Positions 20,906 through 30,686 of a stretch of 64,000 nucleotides of DNA are shown here, piece by piece. The notes under the pieces were generated by a model. That model saw only the letters and a program-made list of their open reading frames with translations, was not told the DNA's origin and searched no databases. Position numbers and translations under genes: made by a program. Position 1 is the stretch's first letter, and every line of letters begins with the position of its first letter. The stretch is from an uncultured Desulfospira sp. (GTDB lineage Bacteria > Desulfobacterota > Desulfobacteria > Desulfobacterales > Desulfobacteraceae), in assembly GCA_963663165.1 (NCBI GenBank), contig OY760175.1:5088001-5152000 (forward strand), read 5' to 3'.

Positions 20906-21073
20906 CTATTTCTTGTATCGTAGGGCATATTGTTTGATCAGATTTCTGGCCTCTTTCAGCTTTGGGGTTTCTTTTAGCCTTGCTGGTCTGTTGAGGTCAG
21001 CGTCAAGTCGCTTCTGAAATTCTACAGCTTCTTTGCCTTGTAAGACGGGGGTCGGTGCAATAGGCATCGCCAT
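20906..21073 (-). CDS. 55-aa putative antitoxin upstream of the GNAT gene
   Basis: AAGGAGG RBS, MAMPIAPTPVLQGKEAVEF..., overlaps GNAT start by 23 nt. Confidence 0.6.
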   Translation of the reverse strand: MAMPIAPTPVLQGKEAVEFQKRLDADLNRPARLKETPKLKEARNLIKQYALRYKK

Positions 21074-21263
21074 GATCAACCTCCTTCTTTCTTTGGGAAT
21101 CCCCTTTTTATGGTCTTCCCGTGCTTCATTAATAATAACAACAGCCACAGATATTGCAACTATTTTAAATTTTGGTGTTTATAGCCTGCACGGACAGCCC
21201 ATGTCAATAAGAACTTCGCCTCTGTGCCGCTTGGACTGCTACTTGTAGCAGTCACCGACCTGT

Positions 21264-21275
21264 GCGGAGAGGGTG
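21264..21275. other. att-like duplicate of tRNA-Ser 3' end
   Basis: GCGGAGAGGGTG identical to 23083-23094, same orientation. Confidence 0.6.
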
Positions 21276-21397
21276 TCCATTGAATTTAACCAGAGTATCA
21301 TCAATGTCATTATAAGACAGTTACTTATGAATTCAATATTTACAATATACCGGCATTGTTTTTTATAAGATTTTGACGGTATGTGGTGTTTTCACGG

Positions 21398-21895
21398 TTA
21401 ATTGCTCCAGGTTTTTAATCTTTTTTTGCATTCTGCCTGTGGAAGCCTCGGGTTGATTGAGAGAAGCCAAGATAATTTTTCATGGGCAATATCGTTGATG
21501 ATGATATTGTTTTCCAGCAACTGATCAAAAACCCAAAGAATACCATGGGCTCTTACTTGATTTTTTTCAGCAGACTTGCGAAGGGTGGCATCGCCCGTCA
21601 ATAGTCTCCCACCTGTTTCCCGGGCATGATAAAGACATGAACAATCAGGAATAGACAGCCCTTTGTTGGACATGCTCAGCAATTGGATTTCCATCAATTC
21701 CTGGTAAGCAAAACTCTTTTTCTTAAGCAGCCCCTGGTTAATACATGTATCGAGTTTTCCCCGATTCACTTCATGCACCTCCACTGTCACGAGATCCGTG
21801 ACATGAAATTCATAAGGAAGTTTGAAAAACTCATCAAGCAGGTCGATTTTAAGCAGGTCAATTAAAATATTGGCATCATTGACCAGCAGGATCAT
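21398..21895 (-). CDS. PIN-domain nuclease
   Basis: VNDANILID, LSIPD, LLTGD acidic motifs; ATGA overlap with the upstream gene. Confidence 0.82.
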   Translation of the reverse strand: MILLVNDANILIDLLKIDLLDEFFKLPYEFHVTDLVTVEVHEVNRGKLDTCINQGLLKKKSFAYQELMEIQLLSMSNKGLSIPDCSCLYHARETGGRLLTGDATLRKSAEKNQVRAHGILWVFDQLLENNIIINDIAHEKLSWLLSINPRLPQAECKKRLKTWSN

Positions 21896-22950
21896 GCGAC
21901 GAAAAGAACCTCTTTATCAAGTTCAGTCAAAGGGATGTCCAACAACTCAGATGCCTTGCTGAAACTGATGACTTCTTCTGCAGCCCCGTGAAGAACCAGT
22001 TGCTTGAACCGGTTGGCCCTCTCCAGGCCCACATATTCTCCAGGTTCTTCTTTGTGCCAACCTCTCTTTCTGGCATTTATGAAAAACGATTTGTAAGTGG
22101 CTTCAGATATGATGTGAAGATTTCTGGCCCTATCCATGATGGCTTGAATAGAGATACCGAAGATTCCTTTCAATTTTTTAAGCTCCCAGAGAGTGATTTG
22201 TGAGCGGGACCGGCCCAGTTCTTTTATGATCACCTCCCCGGGCAGCAGTAGGGCCCCGGCAAAAGAATGGCAAAGATTTTCCACGTCATGCCCCCCTGCC
22301 TCTGAGAAATCAAGCAGCAGATGACCAAGCTCATGAGCCACGGTGAACCGCTTCCGAACCAGATCACTGTCCCTGTAAACGGCCAGCACCGGAAGCTGAA
22401 TATCGGAGGCAAAGCAGGACAGTCCGTCAAAATATTCAAACTCGGAAACCTCAAAGACTTTGAAACCCTTATCCTCAAGGAGTTCAATGAGATGAGGGAC
22501 CGGCCCATTCCCGAGATCCCATTTTTCCCGGATCTCCTGTGCTGCCGCTTCAATATCGGCAAAAGTCCGTATCTTTGGCTGGCTTACCGGGTTGACAAAC
22601 TGAATCTGAAGATTCAGGATTTCCTCGACCTCCAGGTACTTTTGAAGAAAATCAAGGGTCTGGTATTTGATCTGATCTTCTGCCTTCTGGGTTAGTTTGG
22701 ATCTTTTCCGGAACTCAAGCCCGGCAATCACAACGCGGGCCGGCCGAAAAAAATAATCCACTTTAACATCAAGTGCACGGGCCAACGCAATCAAGACATC
22801 ACTGCTCGGATTGATCAACCCCTTCTCATATTTGCTTATTGCCTGTTTGCTGACCACGGCACCGGCTTTCTCAGACAAAGCCGCCATACTCATGCCAGCC
22901 ATCTTCCTTGCAGAAGTTAATCTTTTGCCGAATTCATTGATCATGGTCAT
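21892..22950 (-). CDS. XRE-family HTH fused to ImmA/IrrE-type Zn metallopeptidase
   Basis: RLTSARKMAGMS..SKQAISKYEKG HTH; RKRFTVAHELGH (HExxH); E..C..FAGALLLP. Confidence 0.9.
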   Translation of the reverse strand: MTMINEFGKRLTSARKMAGMSMAALSEKAGAVVSKQAISKYEKGLINPSSDVLIALARALDVKVDYFFRPARVVIAGLEFRKRSKLTQKAEDQIKYQTLDFLQKYLEVEEILNLQIQFVNPVSQPKIRTFADIEAAAQEIREKWDLGNGPVPHLIELLEDKGFKVFEVSEFEYFDGLSCFASDIQLPVLAVYRDSDLVRKRFTVAHELGHLLLDFSEAGGHDVENLCHSFAGALLLPGEVIIKELGRSRSQITLWELKKLKGIFGISIQAIMDRARNLHIISEATYKSFFINARKRGWHKEEPGEYVGLERANRFKQLVLHGAAEEVISFSKASELLDIPLTELDKEVLFVA

Positions 22951-22960
22951 ATCTCCCTTT

Positions 22961-22999
22961 GGTTGACAATTATTATTATTTTATAATATTTTGTCAACC
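22961..22999. promoter_or_regulatory. Palindromic promoter/operator of the XRE-ImmA gene
   Basis: GGTTGACAA-N21(AT-only)-TTGTCAACC; minus-strand TTGACA-17-AATAAT. Confidence 0.6.
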
Positions 23000-23080
23000 C
23001 GGTAAGTTAAAAGCGAATGGCATCTTGGATGGTATCTGGAACGAATTATTGAAGGTAACCCACTAAATTTATTAAAATAA

Positions 23081-23173
23081 TGGCGGAGAGGGTGGGATTC
23101 GAACCCACGATCCCGGTTTTGCCGGGATACTGCTTTTCGAGAGCAGGGCCTTCAGCCGCTCGGCCACCTCTCC
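23081..23173 (-). tRNA. tRNA-Ser(CGA)
   Basis: GGAGAGGTGGCCGAGCGG..CTGCT-CT-CGA-AA-AGCAG, long variable arm, GGTTCGAATCC, encoded CCA. Confidence 0.96.
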
Positions 23174-23335
23174 TTGATTTACGTCACCATCCTAATGATT
23201 ATGGCGGCTGTGTCAAGGGTTTAATATATGGGTCGCTTGGACGTCCCCGTTTTCGGGGGGACCGGTTGAGCAAATGAAATTAACCGGGTATGATGCGTAA
23301 GGATGATGCAGTTCATGGGATGCAAAGGAGATGAT

Positions 23336-24850
23336 ATGGCTCAATACATTGGTGCGGTTGACCAGGGAACCACCAGTTCACGGTTTATTATCTTTGATGA
23401 ATCGGCAAATATCGTGGGGGTGGCCAGGAAAGAACACAAACAGATTCTGGAGCAGCCGGGCTGGGTGGCCCACGACCCCATGGAGATCTGGGAAAACACC
23501 TGTGAGGTAATTGAAAAAGCTTTGGCCCATGCCGGCGTCACCGGATCTGACCTGGCCGCCATCGGCATTACCAACCAGCGGGAGACCGCCATGGTATGGG
23601 ATCGGCAGACCGGTCTGCCGTTGTACGATGCCGTGGTCTGGCAGTGTACCCGAAGTGACCGGATCTGCAAGGATCTGATCAAAAACGGCGGCCAGGACCA
23701 GTTTAAAGAGAAGACTGGCCTGCCCGTGTCCACCTATTTTTCAGGCCCCAAACTCAAGTGGATTTTTGACCATGTGCCCGAAGCCCAAAAGGCGGCCAAA
23801 CTAGGCCGGGCCATGGTAGGAACCATTGACAGCTGGATGATCTGGAACCTTACCGGGGCAAAGGATGGGGGAACCCATGTGACGGATGTGACCAACGCGG
23901 CCCGGACCATGCTCATGAACATCCATACCCTTGCCTGGGACCAGGCGCTGCTGGATCTGCTTAAGGTTCCGTCAGAGTGCCTGCCTAAAATTGTGCCTTC
24001 TTCAGACCAGGCCACCTGGGGGACGACCTTAAAATCAGGACCTCTTAAAGCTGAGGTGCCGGTGTGCGGTGCCCTTGGTGATCAGCAGGCCGCACTTTTC
24101 GGCCAGGCCTGTTTTGCCCCGGGGGATGCAAAAAACACCTATGGCACCGGCTGTTTTCTGCTGATGAATGCGGGAGAAAAACCGGTTTTTTCCTCCCATG
24201 GCCTGCTGACCACAGTGGGGTATCAGATGGGAGATCAAAAGCCGGTCTATGCCCTGGAAGGCTCCATTGCCTATGCCGGTGCCCTGGTGCAGTGGCTTCG
24301 GGATAATTTAGGGCTGATCCAATCGGCCCGGGATATTGAGGCCCTGGCCAGGAAAGAGCCCGATAATGGAGATGTGTATTGCGTGCCGGCATTTTCAGGC
24401 CTTTTTGCCCCCTATTGGCGTTCGGATGCCAGGGGTGTTATTGCCGGTTTGACCGGGTTTGCCAATAAGCATCACCTGGCCCGGGCCGTGCTTGAGTCAA
24501 CCGCCTACCAGACAAGGGATATGGTGGATGCCATGAACCTTGATGCCGGGGTACCTTTAAAAGCCCTTAAGGTTGACGGCGGTATGGTTGAAAACCAGCT
24601 CTTAATGCAGTTTCAGGCAGACATCCTCAATACGGCAGTGATCCGCCCTAAGGTTTATGAAACCACGGCCCTGGGCGCCGCCTATGCCGCAGGCCTTGCC
24701 GTGGGGTATTGGAAGGATCTGGATGCGGTTAAACATAACTGGCGCATTCACACCACCTGGCAGCCCCAAATGGCGGAAAAGGAAAGGCAAAAAAAGTACA
24801 GTGGCTGGAAAAAGGCCGTGGAGCGGACTTACAACTGGGTTGAGGAATAA
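23336..24850 (+). CDS. glpK: Glycerol kinase
   Basis: DQGTTSSR, ITNQRET, TDVTNA, GDQQAALFGQ, KNTYGTG, AFSGLFAPYW. Confidence 0.96.
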   Translation: MAQYIGAVDQGTTSSRFIIFDESANIVGVARKEHKQILEQPGWVAHDPMEIWENTCEVIEKALAHAGVTGSDLAAIGITNQRETAMVWDRQTGLPLYDAVVWQCTRSDRICKDLIKNGGQDQFKEKTGLPVSTYFSGPKLKWIFDHVPEAQKAAKLGRAMVGTIDSWMIWNLTGAKDGGTHVTDVTNAARTMLMNIHTLAWDQALLDLLKVPSECLPKIVPSSDQATWGTTLKSGPLKAEVPVCGALGDQQAALFGQACFAPGDAKNTYGTGCFLLMNAGEKPVFSSHGLLTTVGYQMGDQKPVYALEGSIAYAGALVQWLRDNLGLIQSARDIEALARKEPDNGDVYCVPAFSGLFAPYWRSDARGVIAGLTGFANKHHLARAVLESTAYQTRDMVDAMNLDAGVPLKALKVDGGMVENQLLMQFQADILNTAVIRPKVYETTALGAAYAAGLAVGYWKDLDAVKHNWRIHTTWQPQMAEKERQKKYSGWKKAVERTYNWVEE

Positions 24851-24860
24851 GAAAGTCGGG

Positions 24861-24902
24861 GGAGACCGGAAACCGGAGACTGGAGACCGGACAGCGGAAT
24901 CC
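24861..24902 (+). repeat. 7-mer tandem tract (GGAGACC family); further copies at 35148-35187, 36272-36338 (minus), 51717-51756, 54604-54640
   Basis: ggagacc ggaaacc ggagact ggagacc ggacagc ggaatc. Confidence 0.8.
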
Positions 24903-24910
24903 GGCTGGAT

Positions 24911-25777
24911 TTATTTTTTGGAGAATGTAACCAGGTTCAGGGCAAGGCCGCTGCCCACAATGAGAAAAGCCCCGGCAAAAAAGCGAAGGGAAACCGGATC
25001 ATTAAACCAGAGAATGCCGAATAACGATGTCAGCACGGATTCAGATGACATATAGGCGGCCCCTTCAAATCCCTTGCAGTAAAAGAACCCCTGGTTCATG
25101 GCCAGTTGGGCCAGCACGGAAAACCCGATAATACCTAAAATTAAACCCCATTCCAAAAGGCCTGCCGGCCGGATCGGGTGGGCCAGGCTCATGGGCAGGG
25201 TGAGCAACGTTCCCATGGTGCAAAAATAAAGGTAAATGATAACCGGGCCGTTCTTGTGCCTTAAGGATCGGATCAGGGTAACGGTGAGGCCTGCCACCAC
25301 CGCTGCCGCCATTGCCATGGCACGGCCCGCAATACTGCCGGACAGCTTAAAGTCAAATAAAATGGCAACACCCGCTACAAGAACCCCCATGCAGGCAAGC
25401 TGTGTCGGGCTGAACTTTTCTTTATAAATAATCAGGCCGAACATCGCGGCAAATACCGGATATGAGAAAAAAAGGACAATGGCTGTGGACAGGGGGAGAG
25501 CCCTGAAGGCTGAGACCAGTAAGAAAAAGGCAACAGACCCGCTTAATCCCCGGGCAGCCAGAAGCGGTATATTATGGCCGGCAAAGGGATTTTTCCCCTT
25601 GGGGCTTATGGCCAGCAGCACCACCAGTCCCCCCAGACATCTGATGAATCCGATATGCCAGGCCGTATAACCCGGGGGCATGAGTTTGATCATACTGCTC
25701 AAAATGGAAAAACAAAGGGCCGAAGCCAGCATGAATAGAGGGCCGGTCAAACGGCCGGGGTTTGGGGCGGTTGGCAA
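24911..25777 (-). CDS. DMT/EamA family transporter
   Basis: About 10 TM helices in two EamA-like halves. Confidence 0.85.
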   Translation of the reverse strand: MPTAPNPGRLTGPLFMLASALCFSILSSMIKLMPPGYTAWHIGFIRCLGGLVVLLAISPKGKNPFAGHNIPLLAARGLSGSVAFFLLVSAFRALPLSTAIVLFFSYPVFAAMFGLIIYKEKFSPTQLACMGVLVAGVAILFDFKLSGSIAGRAMAMAAAVVAGLTVTLIRSLRHKNGPVIIYLYFCTMGTLLTLPMSLAHPIRPAGLLEWGLILGIIGFSVLAQLAMNQGFFYCKGFEGAAYMSSESVLTSLFGILWFNDPVSLRFFAGAFLIVGSGLALNLVTFSKK

Positions 25778-26043
25778 TAGGTTACCCTGTGGTTTAATGG
25801 TTTTGTTTTTGACAAATCTTTCTAGTGGGTCTTTATCAGGGGAAGGAATCCTTGTAAACGGGATTTTTTATAGAGCTGTCGCCTGTGGCCTGTAGATAGT
25901 TTGCTGTCAGTGCGAATTTATAAGAAACTGGAGACAAGAAACAAGAGACAAGAGGGCGAAGCACCTGCGGTGCCCAATTTATAGTCTACCGTTGCGGGTA
26001 TCTTCAGTTTCATTATTCGTTGTGGGCTTGTGGCCCATGGCAG

Positions 26044-26138
26044 TTTATATGAAAGTCTCACTAACTACCCGTAAAGACTTTCAATATTTGTTGTGGGCGG
26101 ATCTTGGTTGGATAATCCAAGCCGTCCGTGACGGTTAT
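26044..26138 (+). repeat. ~95-bp two-hairpin dispersed repeat, copy A
   Basis: gaaagtctcactaac..aagactttca..gttgtgggcgg..ttggttggataa(t)ccaag..ccgtg; matches copies at 27796-27890, 54660-54745, 58890-58966. Confidence 0.85.
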
Positions 26139-26242
26139 AAAAAAGGTGGTTTGCTGAATAGTTACTTTTCAGGCAGCTTTTTTGTATTGATCGGCCCCCT
26201 GCCGCCGGACCGGCGATGCGATCGGCGGCAGGAGGGGATGGA

Positions 26243-27118
26243 TTAGATCAGGTTATCTTTTCTTAATGCTTCCACAATGCGCAATGTAGAATAATCCCGG
26301 TTCATGGTGTACAGGTGCAGGCCTGGAATCTTTTTTTCCAAAAGGCCCCGGCACTGGGCAACGGCATAGTCTACCCCAAGGTCCAGCACGGCCTGGGCGT
26401 TGTCCGGGTCTGAGTTGTCCATTTTTTCTTGAAGGTCAGACGGGATGCTGGTCCCGCAGACATTGGACAGGATTTTGGTCAGCTTGAGGGTGTACACGGG
26501 CATGATGCCTGGGATAATGGGGATGGTCACGCCGGCTTTCCGGCATTTATCCACATAGGAAAAAAAGAACTCATTGTCATAAAAATACTGGACCACTGCG
26601 TATTCCGCGCCGTTATCCTGTTTAAGCTTTAAATATTCTATGTCTGATTCCAGGCTTTTGGCTTCAATGTGGCCCTCAGGGTATCCGGCGCATCCCAAGG
26701 AAAAATCATACTTGGATTTAATAAAGGCTATGAGGTCAGAGGCATGGGCAAAACTGTCCGGATGGGGGGTGAAATCCTTGTCCCTGGGCTGGTCTCCCCG
26801 GATGACAAAGATGGTTTTAACCCCAAGGTCCTGGTACCGGTTCAGCACCTGGCAGATGTCATCGGGACCTAAGCCGAATCCGGCAATATAGGCCACGGTG
26901 GGCAGTTTTTTGCCGGTCATCAGGGTGTTGACCGTATCATAGGACCCATCCCGGGTGGATCCCCCGGCCCCGAAGGTAACACTGAAATAGTCCGGGTTCA
27001 GGGGGGCTAATTTGTCCACGACCTGGTTAAAGGATGTCTGGGTTTTCTCGTCCCTGTAGGGGAAAAATTCAAATGAGAGTGCGGGTTGTTTGGTCTGGTA
27101 TAATTCTGGTACGCGCAT
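26243..27118 (-). CDS. metF: 5,10-methylenetetrahydrofolate reductase
   Basis: SFEFFP, SVTFGAGGS, IRGD, AGYPEGH, QYFYD, PIIPGIMP, HLYTMN. Confidence 0.93.
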   Translation of the reverse strand: MRVPELYQTKQPALSFEFFPYRDEKTQTSFNQVVDKLAPLNPDYFSVTFGAGGSTRDGSYDTVNTLMTGKKLPTVAYIAGFGLGPDDICQVLNRYQDLGVKTIFVIRGDQPRDKDFTPHPDSFAHASDLIAFIKSKYDFSLGCAGYPEGHIEAKSLESDIEYLKLKQDNGAEYAVVQYFYDNEFFFSYVDKCRKAGVTIPIIPGIMPVYTLKLTKILSNVCGTSIPSDLQEKMDNSDPDNAQAVLDLGVDYAVAQCRGLLEKKIPGLHLYTMNRDYSTLRIVEALRKDNLI

Positions 27119-27746
27119 CAGGCGTCCTCCTTTTTAAAGTTGCCTTTCCCATAAGGGAGGGTTGTTATGTTCAGCGGAAAACCATGTTTCCACAGGTTTC
27201 AGGATAAGGAATGTAGCAAAATTTATGCCTGATGGCGATGCTTTGTTTAACTGTCTGAAAAATAAAGTTTTATTTTATCTCTGTGCCAGTCGATGAAATG
27301 CGAAACTGACACTTTCAGGGTTGCGGGTCGCATCCAGGTGCAACTCAATGTCATTAACTTAAGCGTTAATACAAGACCCTGGAAACAAGAAACAAGGGGG
27401 CGAAGTGCCGTTGGCTTGCATTTTATAAACCCTATATGCACTGCCAAATTTCTTAAGTTAATGGCATTGATGTGTAACTGTTTATGGGCATCATAGGGCC
27501 TCGCTATTTTTTGGAGGAAGCCCTATCCAAGCATAGGGAAAAATTTTCCTTGCCTGTGTCAAGGTATAAGCCGAAACAGTGTCAGATTTTTGGCGCTGAT
27601 CAGGAAAAGCCGTTTTGATGAACTCAAAAAATATCGATAATTTTTTGAGAATTGATGCCGTAAACCCCTATTTATTGAAGGTTTTTTATATCTTTCTTTT
27701 AAACCGGCAACCGGTTGGCCTGCCGGTTTTCTATTTGCTTCTTTCC

Positions 27747-27762
27747 TGGCATCTATATTGCA
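27747..27762 (+). promoter_or_regulatory. sigma54 promoter upstream of flgF
   Basis: TGGCATCTATATTGCA. Confidence 0.7.
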
Positions 27763-27795
27763 TTTTTTTATGAATAAGGTCTGAATTAGGCCTGA

Positions 27796-27890
27796 ATAAC
27801 GGCCACGGGCCGCCTTGGTTATCCAACCAAGAACCGCCCACAACAAATAATGAAAGTCTTCTTAGGATGTTAGTGAGACTTTCATATAAA
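27796..27890 (-). repeat. ~95-bp two-hairpin dispersed repeat, copy B (inverted)
   Basis: Reverse complement is close to copy C at 54660-54745. Confidence 0.85.
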
Positions 27891-28025
27891 AAAAGACTGA
27901 ATTACGGCCATTCTCTGAAGGGTATAAAACCGTTCCATGCCGGGATGGTTAATCCAATACAGCATGGCATGGCCCATGAGAGAACAGCCAGCAGCAATCG
28001 GCCAACCAAAGATCAAGGGGGAAAA

Positions 28026-28721
28026 ATGATTCTGGAAATGACCCGGCCGGTACAAGGCGGGTTGCGGCAGGACCGGAAGCTGGAAGCGGTTTCCAATAAT
28101 TTGGCCAATGTGGATACCACCGGCTATAAAAAAGACCTGGTCAGCTTTGACAAAGCGTTTAAGGCCCAGCTCAATAAGGATTTTGCCCAGGGGGACGTCA
28201 CGGATACGGGCAACCCTTTGGACATGGCCATTGCCGGGGAGGGGTTTTTCAAAGTGGATACGGATCAGGGAATTCAGTACACCCGAAGCGGGGATTTCAG
28301 TCTGGACAGCACCGGGACTCTGGTGGATCAGTCCGGTAATCCGGTTCTGGGGCAGGGCGGCCCTATTGTTATTGATGTATTGGCAGCCGGCGGCCAGGAC
28401 CCCCAGGTAAACGAAGGCGGTGAAATAACAGTGAACGGGGAGATCGTGGATACCCTGGATGTGGTCACCTTTGCTGATTTGACAAAGATGGAAAGAGGCT
28501 CGGGCAACCTTCTGGCCTATACCGGGCCCACCACCGATGAAATGGTTCCGCAAATCGTTTATGTAAAGCATCGGAGCCTGGAAAAATCCAATGTCCGGGT
28601 GGTGGATGAAATGGTGAAGATGGTGGATTACAACCGGATGTTTGAAACCTTTACAAAATCCATGCTCACCTTTGATGAAATAGACAACAAGGCGGTTAAC
28701 GATATTGCCGGGCCTATTTAA
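28026..28721 (+). CDS. flgF: Flagellar basal-body rod protein FlgF
   Basis: SNNLANVDTTGYK, TGNPLDMAI, YTRSGDF, LEKSNV; precedes flgG. Confidence 0.85.
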   Translation: MILEMTRPVQGGLRQDRKLEAVSNNLANVDTTGYKKDLVSFDKAFKAQLNKDFAQGDVTDTGNPLDMAIAGEGFFKVDTDQGIQYTRSGDFSLDSTGTLVDQSGNPVLGQGGPIVIDVLAAGGQDPQVNEGGEITVNGEIVDTLDVVTFADLTKMERGSGNLLAYTGPTTDEMVPQIVYVKHRSLEKSNVRVVDEMVKMVDYNRMFETFTKSMLTFDEIDNKAVNDIAGPI

Positions 28722-28754
28722 CGGCTAACAGCTAAAAGAAAGCGGGGTGTACCT

Positions 28755-29537
28755 ATGATACGATCACTTTATTCTGCAGCTACGGGCATGAACGCCCAGC
28801 AGATGCAGACCGAAGTTACGGCAAACAACCTGGCCAACTCAAGCACCACCGGATTTAAAAAATCCAGGGCCAATTTCAAGGATCTCATGTACCGGACCCT
28901 GTTGATTGCCGGCCAGACCACGCCCGGCGGAGGCCAGGTTCCCACGGGAATCCAGGTGGGGATGGGGGTAAAGCCTTCAGGGGTTCAGAAAATATGGACC
29001 CAGGGGGATTATACCCAAACCGACAACCAGCTTGATTTTGCCATCCAGGGAGACGGGTTTTTCAGGGTGACCCACGGGGACGAAGACCTGTATACCCGGG
29101 CCGGAAATTTTACCCTGGACAGCGAGGGGTATATCACCACCGCCGACGGGGACCGGCTTCAGCCCGAAATCGCCATTCCCATAGAGGCCACCACCATCAC
29201 CTTAGGGGATGACGGGACCCTGACCATTTTCAGCGATGATGAAGATATTCTTGCCACGGAGGAGATCCCGATCACCATATTTATCAATCCGGCCGGCCTG
29301 TATGCGGTGGGACAGAACCTGTTCCGGCCAACGGAAGGGTCCGGGGAACCCCAGGAAGTGACCCCGGGGGAAGACGGCTCCGGCACCACCTTGAACAACT
29401 ATCTGGAGAGTTCCAATGTCAGCCTGGTGGAAGAAATGGTGAACATGATCATTGGCCAGCGGGCCTATGAGGCCAACTCAAAGTCCATCCAGACCGCTGA
29501 CAGCATGCTGGATACGGTTAACAGCCTGAAACGGTAA
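28755..29537 (+). CDS. flgG: Flagellar basal-body rod protein FlgG
   Basis: MIRSLYSAATGM, ANNLAN, GIQVGMGV, LESSNV..QRAYEANSK; 260 aa. Confidence 0.95.
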   Translation: MIRSLYSAATGMNAQQMQTEVTANNLANSSTTGFKKSRANFKDLMYRTLLIAGQTTPGGGQVPTGIQVGMGVKPSGVQKIWTQGDYTQTDNQLDFAIQGDGFFRVTHGDEDLYTRAGNFTLDSEGYITTADGDRLQPEIAIPIEATTITLGDDGTLTIFSDDEDILATEEIPITIFINPAGLYAVGQNLFRPTEGSGEPQEVTPGEDGSGTTLNNYLESSNVSLVEEMVNMIIGQRAYEANSKSIQTADSMLDTVNSLKR

Positions 29538-29618
29538 TGTTTTAGGCTGAAGGTTGAAAGGCTGAAGACTGAAGGATGAAGGATGAAAACGGCGCGGCTT
29601 GAAAGGACGGGATATGGT

Positions 29619-30602
29619 ATGAAGGGCGTCATTAATTCGAATATCAGGGGTTGCTGTCTGGTGCTTTGCCTTGTTTTTGCCGGGGCGGTGTGGCCGGTTC
29701 AGGTTTATGGGGGAGGGGTTGTCATTACCGTGAAGGCGGACAGTCTGGTTTCAGGGGAAGAGATTCTATTAAAGGATGTGGCAGTCATTGAGGCGGACGG
29801 GCTTGAGGCCCAGGCCTTAGGCAATATCGGCCTGGGCAATTCCCCAAAACCCGGGAAAATAAAATATGTGGACAAGGACCGGCTGGTCCGGATTGTCCAG
29901 TCCAGCAGAATATTTCCGGAAAAGGCTCAGATTGTCTGCCCGGACCGGGTTTATGTTAAGCGGGCCGGCCAGACCCTTGACCGGGAAGTTGTGGTGTCCC
30001 GGGTGGAGGAACTTTTAAAAGACCGCTTCATGAACAGAACGGTGGAAATTGAGGAACTGAGTATCCGGGGGGACGAAACATACCCTGTGGGAGCGCTTGA
30101 CCTTGATGCCGAGTCCCGGGACCCCGTTGACGGGCATGGCCGTCTTTCCTTGTCCATGGACGTTCTGGTGGAGGGGAAACGGCAAGGCTCAATCCGTATC
30201 CGGGGAATGGTCAGTGAATATGTGGATGTGGTCTGTGCCCGACGGGACCTGGCTAAAGACGTGACCCTTTCTGAAAGGGATTTGACCCTGAAAAGGATAA
30301 ATTTATTTGATTTCAAAGACCTGCCTTTAAAGGAAATGGACCGTGCCGTCGGCAAACTGCTCAAAACCCCGGCAAGGTCAGGTGACCCCATAGACCCTTC
30401 CATGTTTAAGAATCTTCCTTTGGTGGAAAAGGGGGAGATGGTCACCATGATTGCCAAAAAAGATTATCTGCATATCCGGACCATGGGAATTGCAAAAGAA
30501 GACGGATATGAAAACCAGCTGGTGGCAGTGGAAAACATCAGCTCCGGAAAAGTGATCCGGGGCGTTGTCCGGGACGGGACGACTGTGGAGATTGTGTATT
30601 AA
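29619..30602 (+). CDS. flgA: P-ring formation chaperone FlgA
   Basis: Signal peptide; SAF-like C-terminus (LVEKGEMV..G.A.EDG..VENISSGK); synteny. Confidence 0.88.
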   Translation: MKGVINSNIRGCCLVLCLVFAGAVWPVQVYGGGVVITVKADSLVSGEEILLKDVAVIEADGLEAQALGNIGLGNSPKPGKIKYVDKDRLVRIVQSSRIFPEKAQIVCPDRVYVKRAGQTLDREVVVSRVEELLKDRFMNRTVEIEELSIRGDETYPVGALDLDAESRDPVDGHGRLSLSMDVLVEGKRQGSIRIRGMVSEYVDVVCARRDLAKDVTLSERDLTLKRINLFDFKDLPLKEMDRAVGKLLKTPARSGDPIDPSMFKNLPLVEKGEMVTMIAKKDYLHIRTMGIAKEDGYENQLVAVENISSGKVIRGVVRDGTTVEIVY

Positions 30603-30686
30603 ATAGCTTTTAGCTGTTAGCCATTAGCTTTTAGCAAGCCCGGGATTTTGAGGGGCTAACAGCTAATAGCTAAAAAGGAGATAACA

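Larger units (their letters stand above)
18967..20928 (-). pseudogene. GNAT acetyltransferase (putative toxin), split by an IS and frameshifted
   Basis: 5' part 20928-20765 (FDCGDDDLNQFF..LLTQT) rejoins as YQFTDQ..CNDSV at 19382; extra T in a T8 run near 19279-19286; then YPAVKIARLG..TGCRLITVDAY..VLKFY to stop at 18967. Confidence 0.85.

Noticed and set aside
23080..23277. 65-aa ORF MAERVGFEPT...
   Set aside because: Antisense shadow of tRNA-Ser.
27119..27250. SAM riboswitch upstream of metF
   Set aside because: No SAM-I core (ATCAAGAG..GCAACC..GTGC) could be matched.
27867..28025. N-terminal extension of flgF
   Set aside because: Starts inside repeat copy B; homology and the RBS begin at 28026.
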